Notes under the pieces: generated by a model
What the model was told of the DNA's origin: nothing
The model's database searches: none
Seen by the model: only the letters and a program-made list of their open reading frames with translations
Position numbers and translations under genes: made by a program
In this document: piece by piece, positions 20,082 to 30,447 of the stretch
Position numbering within the stretch: the stretch's first letter is position 1
Layout: the number at the start of each line of letters is the position of its first letter
NCBI GenBank assembly: GCA_019057475.1
Contig: DXJO01000020.1
Location: forward strand, 32,001 to 96,000
Source: Candidatus Thorarchaeota archaeon
GTDB taxonomy: Archaea; Asgardarchaeota; Thorarchaeia; Thorarchaeales; Thorarchaeaceae
Length of the DNA: 64,000 nt
Direction of reading: 5' to 3'

Positions 20082-21398
20082 TTACAATGTTGTAATGCAA
20101 TCTTCAAGCTTGATTCCAAGGCTTTCAAGTTCGCTTAAAATCGGCTCATATATTTCAGACATGATTGGCCTGTGGACTCCAGTTAGGGTGATTCTACCTT
20201 CAAGGATCATTCTGCTTGCCACTGCTACAGGTAGTGCGACAGTTCTTGACATTGAGCTGTCCCCATTTGGAATACCATAATCAATCAGTGTTGATGTTAT
20301 CTTCTCTTTCTTGTCGCTGTACTCTGCTATGAATTCGTGATGCATGACTATCATGTCACGTTCTCCAGGAGCATACTGCAGCTTCTCTTCAAAGAGATGG
20401 CACAATACATCAAGGTGTGTCGTGATATTTGAAGGAATCTCTGTATCATTGAAGAGGCCAAGCCATTCCAAACGGGAAATGATTGGGTCACTCTTCTTGA
20501 GACCGGCCGCTTTTGCAACTGCATCTTGTAAGTTGCCATTCTCAGAATCTGTTAGTTTACGCATCATATCTGCGTATGTCATATTCTCAAAGGACTGTTC
20601 ATCAAGTTCTAATAGGCCCAAGTCTGCAATTTTCTTTAGTGTGTTGCACCATCCTGGGTTTCTGAAAGTTCCACGCAGCATTGTTTTTGTTTCTGATATA
20701 TTGTAGATGTCAATGTAGGATATGCTGTCCCTGTTGGGATATCCTTCAAACTTCCCCATTCCTGGAACTTCCATGATCTCATAATTATCAAAGAGCTCAG
20801 GACCCGGAATCACAACATCCTTGCCGTCGCGTAGGAAGTGAGCATCGTTCCTGCCCGCAAGAAGAACGCCTCTTGGACTCCAAGAGAGTTTGTATCCAAA
20901 TGGATTGTTATTGGCATCAGGAGCAGGAAGTCCTCCAGTGAAAGATGTGAAACTTATGACCTTGCCGCCTTTGTTGTGAATGTCATTGATTATCTTCATG
21001 GCGCTCATGTGATCGATTCCAGGATCAACTCCACACTCGTTCAGTACCAAGATTCCTGCTTTTTTTGCTTTATCATCCAGGGCTTGCATTTCATCGGATA
21101 TGTATGAAGTTGTGCAGAATGGCTTGCAATATTTGATTGCTAGCTTTGCAGCTTTCACATGGTAGGTGTAAGGTAGCAGCGAACAAGTCAAATCAGCTTC
21201 GGCAACTAGCTTGTCAAGTAGTTCATCATCAGTCTTGATATTCAGGGTGATAGCTTCTGCGCTCTTACATCCTTTAATCAATCGCTCGGCCTTGCTTTTT
21301 GTCCGACTGGCTACTATAACATGAAATCCATGATTGCACATGTATTGAATGTACGGGCGGGCTACGAGACCCGCACCAAGACAGAGTACTTTCTGCAT
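20082..21398 (-). CDS. Saccharopine dehydrogenase (glutamate-forming, Lys9/SDH-like)
   Basis: LGAGLVA, ECGVDPGIDHM, GGLPAP..YKLSWSP, YPNRDS, MSRTV. Confidence 0.92.
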   Translation of the reverse strand: MQKVLCLGAGLVARPYIQYMCNHGFHVIVASRTKSKAERLIKGCKSAEAITLNIKTDDELLDKLVAEADLTCSLLPYTYHVKAAKLAIKYCKPFCTTSYISDEMQALDDKAKKAGILVLNECGVDPGIDHMSAMKIINDIHNKGGKVISFTSFTGGLPAPDANNNPFGYKLSWSPRGVLLAGRNDAHFLRDGKDVVIPGPELFDNYEIMEVPGMGKFEGYPNRDSISYIDIYNISETKTMLRGTFRNPGWCNTLKKIADLGLLELDEQSFENMTYADMMRKLTDSENGNLQDAVAKAAGLKKSDPIISRLEWLGLFNDTEIPSNITTHLDVLCHLFEEKLQYAPGERDMIVMHHEFIAEYSDKKEKITSTLIDYGIPNGDSSMSRTVALPVAVASRMILEGRITLTGVHRPIMSEIYEPILSELESLGIKLEDCITTL

Positions 21399-21415
21399 TT
21401 TTAATTCTCCTTGGT

Positions 21416-22714
21416 TTATAGGTATTGTTTGAGATAGTCGTAATTCTTAGTCAGCTCTCCGTTGTATACAATTGTTGCATCCTTGAGTTCTCTGGGGAGC
21501 TTGAGCTGACCAAAAGGAACTGTGAAATCTGCCTTTGCTAGAGCAGGTATGAAATCTAGCAGAGTTTCGCTGAATGAAGTAGATGATTCGCGTGGAAGCT
21601 CTGTGGGGAGATTGTCTACTGCCATGACAACTGGTCCATTGCCTTCCACACCTAAAACCGCACGGTCTTCGTCCACAAGGTAGGTGAATGCGGGCTCACC
21701 AGCATCAGTACATTGAAGAGTAAATTCCATTGCGCCGTTGACATCACATGAGATATCTCCGACAATTCGTAGGCGGCGATTAGGATCACTCCAGTGCTTT
21801 CGGATAAAGTCCTTTGTCACAAGACGTGGGGACTTCTTCGTCCAGTAGATGCAGTTCATTAGTACCGTTAGATGAGGAATGTAAGATTCGAATTTGCCCT
21901 TGTATTTCGTAGCACCATGCTCGTAGTAGTCCATGAGTTCGAATTCTGCTGAAGAGTCTAGCGGCTCCACCATATGCTCTTCCTTGAAGACACATTTGTA
22001 GAGCAGGTTCCGCTTTGCTGTAACATTTGCCAAGCCTTTGGGTTCTATTGTTTCATGCGGGAGCATGTCAAATATCTCCTGTGCACCTCGTGATACATTC
22101 CCATATCCTGCGAATCCGACGATGAAAGGTGTCAAGGAGTCAGGCAGACCCTGTTCTTTGATGCGTTTGCCCAGTGTTTGGATTCCTTTCTTGAGTTCAT
22201 CAAGATCCTTGTATTGTGCGGTATGTTTCATACCAAAGAATGGATTCGGTTTAATACCCTCAACCTCGAGCCGTAGGCCCAGAATACGAAATGTTTCGGA
22301 CATACCTGCAAGGCCGGCCCAGTTGCCAAAGAAGATCAATCTGAACCCTTTCTCATTCACAATGCGTTCGTAGTCAATGAGAGTTGCGCCTACGTTCATG
22401 ATTTGCTTCAACATTGGCATGTTGTACTTCTGGCCCTTGATTGTATGGCTGAAGAAGATGTACACCTTTCCTTTTTCGTAGAAGTCGTTGGGCATCTCTT
22501 TCACTCCCAGAATCACAGGGATTTCTGTTCCCTTCAGGGGTTTGATCTGTGCGCCAACTTTTTCGAATTCGTCTGGTCCAAAAGCTCGTTGATTACTCGG
22601 TTCAACAACGAACTGAATCCCATGTTTGGTGCTCAAGAGCTTGATATGCTCAGGAACAACAGGGACTCTAGTTTCGAACATCTTCTCTTCTTTTCTCAGG
22701 CCAATGATGTTCAC
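21416..22714 (-). CDS. Lysine-2-oxoglutarate reductase (LKR domain of AASS)
   Basis: GVKE, FFSHTIKGQKYNM, IDYE, GYGNVSRGA, DISCD, VDNLPTELP; GTG start after GGAGG. Confidence 0.88.
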   Translation of the reverse strand: MNIIGLRKEEKMFETRVPVVPEHIKLLSTKHGIQFVVEPSNQRAFGPDEFEKVGAQIKPLKGTEIPVILGVKEMPNDFYEKGKVYIFFSHTIKGQKYNMPMLKQIMNVGATLIDYERIVNEKGFRLIFFGNWAGLAGMSETFRILGLRLEVEGIKPNPFFGMKHTAQYKDLDELKKGIQTLGKRIKEQGLPDSLTPFIVGFAGYGNVSRGAQEIFDMLPHETIEPKGLANVTAKRNLLYKCVFKEEHMVEPLDSSAEFELMDYYEHGATKYKGKFESYIPHLTVLMNCIYWTKKSPRLVTKDFIRKHWSDPNRRLRIVGDISCDVNGAMEFTLQCTDAGEPAFTYLVDEDRAVLGVEGNGPVVMAVDNLPTELPRESSTSFSETLLDFIPALAKADFTVPFGQLKLPRELKDATIVYNGELTKNYDYLKQYL

Positions 22715-22844
22715 GACATTTCCTCCTTGAAAGATGGGAATGCGACCCAAGGACTGGGGCGGCTGTTGAGCAAGGCATTTCCGCTTTAAGCCTTCCCTCT
22801 TGTACCTGTAATACTTGGACTAATGAATCAGAACATGTGTTCTA

Positions 22845-23150
22845 ATGTTGGCTGAGAAAATGTCAAACTTTGTCTATCTCTATGACTGCCGAAATGCGCG
22901 TCAGAGGAATGCCAGAAGAGTTTCTTTCACCAAGGAGCTTTACGGATTCTTGTATTCCTGGAAAACAAAGACAGGGGTCAAACAAAGGCGAAAACCAGGG
23001 TTACTTGACGAGTGTGTAGGTGCAGAAGCTGTTGCTGATTCTGCAATCTTTGTACCGGGGGAATATCGAGGTGAATTTGATTCTCTCTTTCAATCATATC
23101 AAGACATTCTGACAATCCGAATCTTCGAAATACTTGAAGAAGTGATATAG
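22845..23150 (+). CDS. Small hypothetical protein, possible Cas2/VapD-like ferredoxin fold
   Basis: FVYLYD..RRVSFTKELYG..GLL..DSAIFVP pattern; fold is inference. Confidence 0.55.
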   Translation: MLAEKMSNFVYLYDCRNARQRNARRVSFTKELYGFLYSWKTKTGVKQRRKPGLLDECVGAEAVADSAIFVPGEYRGEFDSLFQSYQDILTIRIFEILEEVI

Positions 23151-23175
23151 GATTGCTTTGAATTTCGTATCTATC

Positions 23176-23484
23176 GTATTACAATAATTAGAACATGTGT
23201 TCCAAGTTGCATTTCAAGTTCGTTTGGATCAGTGCAACTCTCTAACCCCTCCATTTCCAGTGGAAAATAAGAGGAGTGTCGATAAGAATAGATGTAGAAA
23301 AGTATTTATAGCTGTTTCAGAACCCGATGATCATCTCCATTTTATTATATTATATATATAACCACCCAGCGTATCTCACATTTTATTCTCCAGTGGAAAT
23401 GAAGGGGTGTTATGTCATATTAGCCGAATACATGGATAGCTATTTGTGTAATACGTGATCCAAATGCTTGGAACACGTGTTCCA
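23176..23484. other. Candidate replication origin (oriC)
   Basis: Inverted ORBs at 23245-23265 (-) and 23389-23410 (+) around an all-A/T tract at 23339-23361. Confidence 0.8.
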
Positions 23485-23624
23485 TAAAATTCACCGACTG
23501 TATTTCCATATTTGCGATTTTGTTTGGTGTTTTGGGCCCATAAAGATCAATACCGCAAGACTGATACCAACGATTCTTTCTTCGCCCGACAGCATTCATG
23601 CGAATGCGAGAAGGAGGCAAATCA

Positions 23625-25517
23625 GTGACCAAACCGAAACAGCTCCTAGAAGACAACGTCGGCAAAGAAATGCTCTTGCTTGCCAACGAATCGATAGCGC
23701 GTGGAGTGCTTGAGGCGGGAGTACGTCTGGTAGCTTTGTACCCTGGTACTCCAAGCAGCGAGATAGGAAATAATCTCACTTTCATGGCACCACACATCCC
23801 CGATTTCTATTTCGAATTCAGCACCAACGAAAAGGTTGCAATGGAAGTCGCTGGAGCTGCTGCCGTAGCTGGCGTTCGATCCATGATGGTATGTAAAGGA
23901 CCCGGTCTCAATGTAGCTGCCGATCCGTTCTTCTCACTAGCTTATGTTGGAGTTCGAGGTGGGATGGTCATAGTTGTTGCTGACGATCCAAGCATGTGGA
24001 GCTCCCAAAACGAGAACGATTCTCGCTACTATGCACTCATGGGTAATATGCCTCTAATAGAACCGTCCGATCCCTCTGAAGCGAAGTCAATGTTGCTCCA
24101 AGCCTACGAAATCTCAGAAAAGCTCGAACTACCTATTCTCTTTCGTACAACCACCCGAATCAATCATACTAGATCACCAATCACATTCGGCCCGATTCGA
24201 GATAGACCAAAAAAAGTCGAATTTGTCAAAGAGCCATTCAGATTCGTGCCAATACCTTCAGTAGCTCGAATTCGCCATTCTTGGCTTTTGAAACAGATTG
24301 AACTTGCAATGGAAATCTCAGAATCAACGAAGCTTAACTTCACAACCGGCAGCGGAAATCTGGGAATATTAACTAGCGGAGTTTCATACAATTACGTGGT
24401 TGAGGCTCTATCGGCTTTGGATATCAATGCCGAAACTTTGAAGCTTGGAATGACACATCCTGTTCCTGAGAAGATGATATCAGAGTTTCTTAAGCGTCAT
24501 AAACAAGTGGTGATAGTCGAGGAACTCGATCCATTCTTGGAAACACATGCTAGAAGGATTGCACAGCTCAATGGAATCAAAACAAACATTCTCGGCAAAG
24601 AACAGGGTTTCTTCCCTCGAACGCTCGAATACAGTCCGCGAATTGTGATTGAAGCCCTCTCGAAGATTCTGAATCGTAATACGAGTATTAACTGGAAGAC
24701 AATCGATCAGAAAGCTGGCGAAATCTCCGAATTGCCTCCACGGCCTCCGCTTCTTTGTGCTGGATGTCCTCACAGGGCTACGTACTATGCAATTCGAGTA
24801 GCTACGCGCGGAAAAGCAATCTACCCATCGGACATCGGATGCTATACGCTTAGCATTGCACCACCATTAGAAACTGCTGACATTCTATTTGACATGGGTT
24901 CTTCAATTACAACAGCCTGTGGTCTTGCTGAAGTCACAGACCAGGACGTTGTTGCTACAATAGGTGACAGTACTTTCTTCGCAGCTGGATTGCCTGGGAT
25001 TGCCAATGCTGTCTATAATCAGCATAGAATTAGCTTAGTCGTACTTGACAACCACACAACTGCAATGACCGGACACCAGCCTCATCCTGGAACTGGTGTC
25101 ACAGGAATGCAGGAAAAGGTACCACCACTCAACATTGCAAAGGTCTGCAAGGGACTTGGAGTAGAATATGTGAAGACAATCGATCCATTCGCCTCCTTAG
25201 CAGATCTTGTTGCTGCAGTTCGGGAGATGACCACGTGGACAAGAGAAAATCACAAACCAGCAGTACTAGTTTCAATTGCTCCTTGTGCACTCCTTGAAGC
25301 TGCTGAGCGCCGTAAGACAGGCGAGTTCCCCCCACCTTACTACGTCGATTCCGAACTCTGTAACTCATGCAAGCGCTGTTTGAATCGCTTGTCATGTCCA
25401 GCTATGTATCTCGATACGGAAACCGGACAGGCAGTGATTGACCAGACTATGTGTAATTATTGCGGAACATGCGTTGCCGTATGTCCACAAGGCGCAATCA
25501 AACAGGAGGATGCCTAA
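23625..25517 (+). CDS. iorA: Indolepyruvate:ferredoxin oxidoreductase alpha subunit
   Basis: YPGTPSSEI, STNEKVA, RPPLLCAGCPHR, DIGCY, GDSTFF, C-terminal 2x[4Fe-4S]. Confidence 0.93.
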   Translation: MTKPKQLLEDNVGKEMLLLANESIARGVLEAGVRLVALYPGTPSSEIGNNLTFMAPHIPDFYFEFSTNEKVAMEVAGAAAVAGVRSMMVCKGPGLNVAADPFFSLAYVGVRGGMVIVVADDPSMWSSQNENDSRYYALMGNMPLIEPSDPSEAKSMLLQAYEISEKLELPILFRTTTRINHTRSPITFGPIRDRPKKVEFVKEPFRFVPIPSVARIRHSWLLKQIELAMEISESTKLNFTTGSGNLGILTSGVSYNYVVEALSALDINAETLKLGMTHPVPEKMISEFLKRHKQVVIVEELDPFLETHARRIAQLNGIKTNILGKEQGFFPRTLEYSPRIVIEALSKILNRNTSINWKTIDQKAGEISELPPRPPLLCAGCPHRATYYAIRVATRGKAIYPSDIGCYTLSIAPPLETADILFDMGSSITTACGLAEVTDQDVVATIGDSTFFAAGLPGIANAVYNQHRISLVVLDNHTTAMTGHQPHPGTGVTGMQEKVPPLNIAKVCKGLGVEYVKTIDPFASLADLVAAVREMTTWTRENHKPAVLVSIAPCALLEAAERRKTGEFPPPYYVDSELCNSCKRCLNRLSCPAMYLDTETGQAVIDQTMCNYCGTCVAVCPQGAIKQEDA

Positions 25518-25518
25518 A

Positions 25519-26127
25519 ATGAAGAGTGATACAGTAAGCATTGTTATCTCAGGGGTCGGTGGCCAAGGTGTCCTTACATTAGCAGAGATATTAGCAAAAG
25601 CTGCTCTGTCTGATTCGCACAATGTCCGCGTGGGTGAGATACACGGAATGGCCCAAAGAGGAGGTCATGTGGTATGCACTGTTCGCATTGGTGCTGGCGC
25701 ACGAGGTCCAATAGTAGACCCGGGGACAGCTAATCTTCTTGTTGGTTTTGAACCAGTTGAAACACTACGCGAGGCTCACATGATTCGAGAAGATGGATGC
25801 GTTTTGCTGAGCTCACACATACAATATCCTGTAGCGGTTTCCATGGGCAAAGCAGCATACCCTAACAACAAAGAAATCATTAGCGGCATTCGCAAATTCT
25901 CTGATCGCATCCTTGAATTCGACGCAATGGCAATGGCAAAGAAAGCAGGGAGTTCAAGAGTACTCAACATGATAATGCTTGGTGCTATCATTGGAACAGG
26001 ATTGACTCCGATAACCGAAGAAGCAGCAATAGATGCAGTTCGTAGCACTTTCTCAAAGAAGTTTGAGTCGATCAATATCAAAGCAGTCAAGATGGGTCGC
26101 AAAAAGGTCGAGGAGCTTAATCGTTAG
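25519..26127 (+). CDS. iorB: Indolepyruvate:ferredoxin oxidoreductase beta subunit
   Basis: GVGGQG, EIHGMAQRGG. Confidence 0.92.
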   Translation: MKSDTVSIVISGVGGQGVLTLAEILAKAALSDSHNVRVGEIHGMAQRGGHVVCTVRIGAGARGPIVDPGTANLLVGFEPVETLREAHMIREDGCVLLSSHIQYPVAVSMGKAAYPNNKEIISGIRKFSDRILEFDAMAMAKKAGSSRVLNMIMLGAIIGTGLTPITEEAAIDAVRSTFSKKFESINIKAVKMGRKKVEELNR

Positions 26128-26130
26128 CAT

Positions 26131-28503
26131 TTATCTTGCAAGCTTTGCAGCTGCAACTACGGCTTGACCTGATGAAATTCCCCCGTCACCAGGTGGAATG
26201 TGCCTATGGATCAATGGGGTGAGACGCTCATTGGTGATACGGTTGATGATTGCCTTGGTTATAATTCGATTCAATGCAACACCTCCAGAGAACCCTACAT
26301 AGTCTAGCCCCTCACTGTGTGCTGCATCACAAGCCATCTTGGCAAATGATTCACCTAGGTACCATTGAGCTGCATAGGCGAGTTCAACAGACTTAGCTCC
26401 ATCTTTCTTGAGCTCGAGTAGCTGCATTAATGACTCGGCGATATCCAAGAATGTACCACGATTGTTTGTATTGAATCTGGGTTCAAGTCGTATCTTCGTT
26501 TTATGAGCAACCGATTCAAGTCTCATGGGGCATTCACCATCATAGGTATTCTCCGAGCAAATCCCCAGTGCTATTGCCACTGCATCAAGATATCGTCCGG
26601 CACTGCTGCTTTGAATAACATTCACCTTTCGTTTGGTCGCTTCAATGAGCAATGACAGTGACTTTTCCGTAGTACTTATGCCGGGGGCAATCAAGCTTCC
26701 TTCAACAATATCCAACATCTCACATAAGCTCAGTTCCTTTCGAAGCAGTCCAACGAACGGTCTCACTGCATGCTTTGCAGAGAGATCTCCGCCGGCATAC
26801 GCAGTCTGTTCCAACCCCCCGATTCTTGCATACTCTTCGAAGCTTCCTACAAGGATTTCACCACCCCACGCACTACCATCATTTCCATAGCCAAATCCAT
26901 CTGCTGTAATACAAGTGATACGCGTATTGGATGACAGTTGATGGTCAACCATGAGGGATGCTAAGTGAGCATGATGATGCTGTACCCTAAAGAGTGGAAT
27001 GCCCTTATCCGATGATAGCGCTTCTGCGAACTCAGTAGTCAGGAATTCAGGATGGAGGTCACAAGCGACAGCATCGATCTTATCGACAGCCAATAGACGA
27101 ACCATGTGATTCAAGGCGTCAGACAGGAACTCGATGTTCTCAAGTCGGTCTGTGTCACCGATGTGCTGGGTGACGTAAATACGTCTAGACTTCAACACTG
27201 CACCAGTCGTCTTTTCTTCTGGACCTACTGCAACTATTGTTGACGAACCATAGGGTCCTTCCAGCCTCATCGGATCAGGTACGTAACCCCTTGCTCGTCG
27301 TAAGAAGACAGCATGATCACTACTGACGGGCTTGATGACCGAATCATCTGCTCTTTGGTATATCCTCCTATTGTGAATAAGAAAATAATCTGCAACACCC
27401 TCTAGCTTAGACATAATGTTGTCAGGATGAATGTACATTGGAAGTCCCGTAGGATTCGCACTTGTCATGACTAGTGCTGGCTCCTCTGAGAAATGAAACA
27501 ATAGATGATGAAGAGGAGAGTACGGGAGCATCACTCCCACAGTATCAAGACCTGGTGATATCAGCTCCAAAGAGTCGTCAGGTATCGCACCTCCCCCCTC
27601 AGACTCCTGGTTCCTGTCATCAATCCGGTCTCGCTTCTTCACAAGTACAATTGGCCTTCTCCATGAAGTGAGTAGTTCCTCCTCCATTGGCGTTGGTCTT
27701 GAGAATGCTCTAATAGCATCGAGGTTTCTTGCCATGATGGCAAAGGGCCGGTACGCTCTCTGTTTCCGAGTTCTAAGGTTTCGTATAGGAATAGCGTCGG
27801 TCACTTTCGTGACCAAATGAGTTCCCCCTATTCCTTGAACTGCAATGATAGATCCCTGTGACAACAGATCTGCAGCACCAGCAATCGAATCGGCATCCAC
27901 AGCTGGTCGATTATGTGCATCTACGAGTCGATAGATCGGCCCACAATCTTCACAAGCAGTAGTTTGAGCATGATACCGGCGGTCAAGAGGGTTTGTATAA
28001 CCTGTATTACAAGTATCACATAGGGGAAAATCAACCATTGTAGTATTGGGTCTATCATAGGGAAGATCAGTAATTGTTGAGAACCTTGGACCGCAAGCAG
28101 CACAGGAAGTAAAAGGATACAGATACCACCTTGAATTGGGATTGGTCATGTCAGTGATGCAGGCCGAGCAGATTGCAATATCGGGGGGTATGTCGGGGGT
28201 CAATTCAGCATTCCTGAATGTAGAGGACTTTTTGATGATGAAATCCTTGAAGGATTTCCTTAATTCTTCCCATTCGATGTCAAGCTTGTCCACCCGTGAT
28301 ATGGATGGAGGATCCTGCTCAATCTTATGTATCAGTTCCTTAATACTCTTTAAATTGCCCTCAACAACAATGCGGACACCGGCATCGCCAAGATTCAAGA
28401 CATATCCTTCTAGGGAGAGGGACTTTGCAACACGATACACAAACGGCCGAAAGCCTACTCCCTGCACGATTCCAGTGACATGGATGCTGGCTCTGCGTTT
28501 CAT
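26131..28503 (-). CDS. hypF: Carbamoyltransferase HypF
   Basis: GIVQGVGFRPF, Zn fingers, RRYHAQ, QHHHAH, PPGDGGIS. Confidence 0.96.
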   Translation of the reverse strand: MKRRASIHVTGIVQGVGFRPFVYRVAKSLSLEGYVLNLGDAGVRIVVEGNLKSIKELIHKIEQDPPSISRVDKLDIEWEELRKSFKDFIIKKSSTFRNAELTPDIPPDIAICSACITDMTNPNSRWYLYPFTSCAACGPRFSTITDLPYDRPNTTMVDFPLCDTCNTGYTNPLDRRYHAQTTACEDCGPIYRLVDAHNRPAVDADSIAGAADLLSQGSIIAVQGIGGTHLVTKVTDAIPIRNLRTRKQRAYRPFAIMARNLDAIRAFSRPTPMEEELLTSWRRPIVLVKKRDRIDDRNQESEGGGAIPDDSLELISPGLDTVGVMLPYSPLHHLLFHFSEEPALVMTSANPTGLPMYIHPDNIMSKLEGVADYFLIHNRRIYQRADDSVIKPVSSDHAVFLRRARGYVPDPMRLEGPYGSSTIVAVGPEEKTTGAVLKSRRIYVTQHIGDTDRLENIEFLSDALNHMVRLLAVDKIDAVACDLHPEFLTTEFAEALSSDKGIPLFRVQHHHAHLASLMVDHQLSSNTRITCITADGFGYGNDGSAWGGEILVGSFEEYARIGGLEQTAYAGGDLSAKHAVRPFVGLLRKELSLCEMLDIVEGSLIAPGISTTEKSLSLLIEATKRKVNVIQSSSAGRYLDAVAIALGICSENTYDGECPMRLESVAHKTKIRLEPRFNTNNRGTFLDIAESLMQLLELKKDGAKSVELAYAAQWYLGESFAKMACDAAHSEGLDYVGFSGGVALNRIITKAIINRITNERLTPLIHRHIPPGDGGISSGQAVVAAAKLAR

Positions 28504-28618
28504 CTAGTAACGGCCTCTCAAAAGCCTTGCTTAGTCATGATATTAATCCAGTGAAGCAACGACAAATTACATGTGACCTTGTAGGACCTCTTAAGGAAAT
28601 GCCAGAACACATGTATGA

Positions 28619-29065
28619 TTGACCTTGCATATTTTCAGTAAGAACACCGAGTCCATCGTTCATGAACCGATAACTACGCCTTCCATTCTTGCCACTGTGC
28701 CGGAGTGCTTAAGGAACACTCTGAAAAAGTCCATCAGCAAGACACAGAAGCGGAGGAAGTCGGTTTTAATCTCAAGTAACAGTCTTGCAAATCGATTCAT
28801 TCTTTCCAGGTGGGGAATCCACCCCTCACAACGCAGACACTATCGAAATCTATTCGCAGCAGTAAGGAAGCACTGTAGAGCTGTCTTCAGGCACACTCTT
28901 GCCCAAGGCCGCTTGGAATGGGAATCTGCATCCGAAAGATATGTGTTTGGAGTTTACAAGTTCGACGAGATACGAGGAAATTTAATACTTGGTTTTGTGA
29001 TAGTATCTCCGAACTCAGAATGGTTTCTTAAGCCGAGATCATCCACTTGGCGCCCTAAAACCTAG
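28619..29065 (+). CDS. Basic hypothetical protein
   Basis: 148 aa K/R-rich ORF divergent from hypF. Confidence 0.55.
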   Translation: MTLHIFSKNTESIVHEPITTPSILATVPECLRNTLKKSISKTQKRRKSVLISSNSLANRFILSRWGIHPSQRRHYRNLFAAVRKHCRAVFRHTLAQGRLEWESASERYVFGVYKFDEIRGNLILGFVIVSPNSEWFLKPRSSTWRPKT

Positions 29066-29521
29066 TGGGTTGCAAACAGCTGCTTTTAAGTTGGACATAC
29101 CCGGACAATTCCATTGTGGGCCTTATATAGACCAATACGACATTGATCTGAGGAATATGACACACCTGTAAAGGTTTCTCACGGAGTAGTCCAGTGCCGT
29201 TTTCTGGACGTACTAGACTTCGGTGTCCAACTTTGTACAACTTACAATGAACGGTAGTATTACAGATATTACTCAATGGTAAGCAGTTCGCGAAAGACAT
29301 ATCTCAAGCTTACTGTATGAAACACTGGTATACGATACTGTATCCGCTAAGAGGCTCCTATCATTCACATGAAGAACAACCATCATAGACCTCTACAACC
29401 GAAATTGGGCTATATGAGGTACGTTCCCTGTGGCTATGATGGGCCCCAATCAGCAATTTCATGCAGAATAACGGAGTGTAGAGTCTTGGAATCGAATAGG
29501 AAGGAGCAAGGGTTTCGGGGA

Positions 29522-30046
29522 ATGCCGAAAAGGAGAATCCGATCTAATGTTAAGCAGGTTTTGAACGAACCAATACTGAAGACCCTAGTCAAGCAGTCAA
29601 TACTCACTGAAACACAACTTGAAACATTAATCATTGATCTTCTCGTGGAGGATAACTACGGAGCTCACATTCCCTATGATGACAAAGCAGCATTCAGGTT
29701 TCGTCGGGGTACTAGAGCACGAGGAGTATCGCGTGGAGCATTCAACAGATCACTGAGCCAGGCACGGAGGAACCTGACGCGGTGTCTAAGTACAATGCTT
29801 CTGCTAGCCTATCTCGGACTGTTTGAATTCACTATATTTCGGCCTTTTGAAGAGATAGCTGGAAGGATTGGAAACTACAGGCACATCCGCGACATACTGG
29901 GCGACAAGGTTCAGTTGACAACTGAAGACGTCGAGAGCTACCGTGCGGCTGAACGTATGATTCTTGCAGCCCTTGATGAGCTTACCTCGTCCGTTGCGTT
30001 GAAATCCGATCTCTCTAAGAGAAGGTCTAGTCCCACAACTGATTAG
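29522..30046 (+). CDS. Helix-turn-helix protein (Tfx/sigma-region-4-like)
   Basis: LTETQLE..GVSRGAFNRSLSQARRN HTH pattern. Confidence 0.7.
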   Translation: MPKRRIRSNVKQVLNEPILKTLVKQSILTETQLETLIIDLLVEDNYGAHIPYDDKAAFRFRRGTRARGVSRGAFNRSLSQARRNLTRCLSTMLLLAYLGLFEFTIFRPFEEIAGRIGNYRHIRDILGDKVQLTTEDVESYRAAERMILAALDELTSSVALKSDLSKRRSSPTTD

Positions 30047-30447
30047 CTTTGAATAGATGTACTAGACCGGTGATTGCGGGCGAGCAAAAAACGGTACGAA
30101 TGTGTCGTGTCATCGAAGACGCAATGCAACGCCAGCTAAGTTCGTTTTCCCATCGGGTCGTTCATAGCCACATTGATCATCTTGGAAGTATATCTTGAGG
30201 AGATAGAGATGCCAACGATATTGCCTGAACTTACCAAGGCAATCCGAAACTTCGGCATTGGCATGTCATCTTTGACACGACACACTCATACAGAACATGA
30301 ACACAATGATACATAGTTCTAATCTTAGAACAGGAATTTCGCTCAAGATACATGTGCAAATAGCCTATTTGTAATACGTGACATACAGATAATACAATCA
30401 TCTTTTATCTAGCCAACCTTTATCCTACTTGGACGAATCAGTGAATC

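Noticed and set aside
22845-23150. Bona fide cas2
   Set aside because: No cas1 or array; only a loose pattern resemblance
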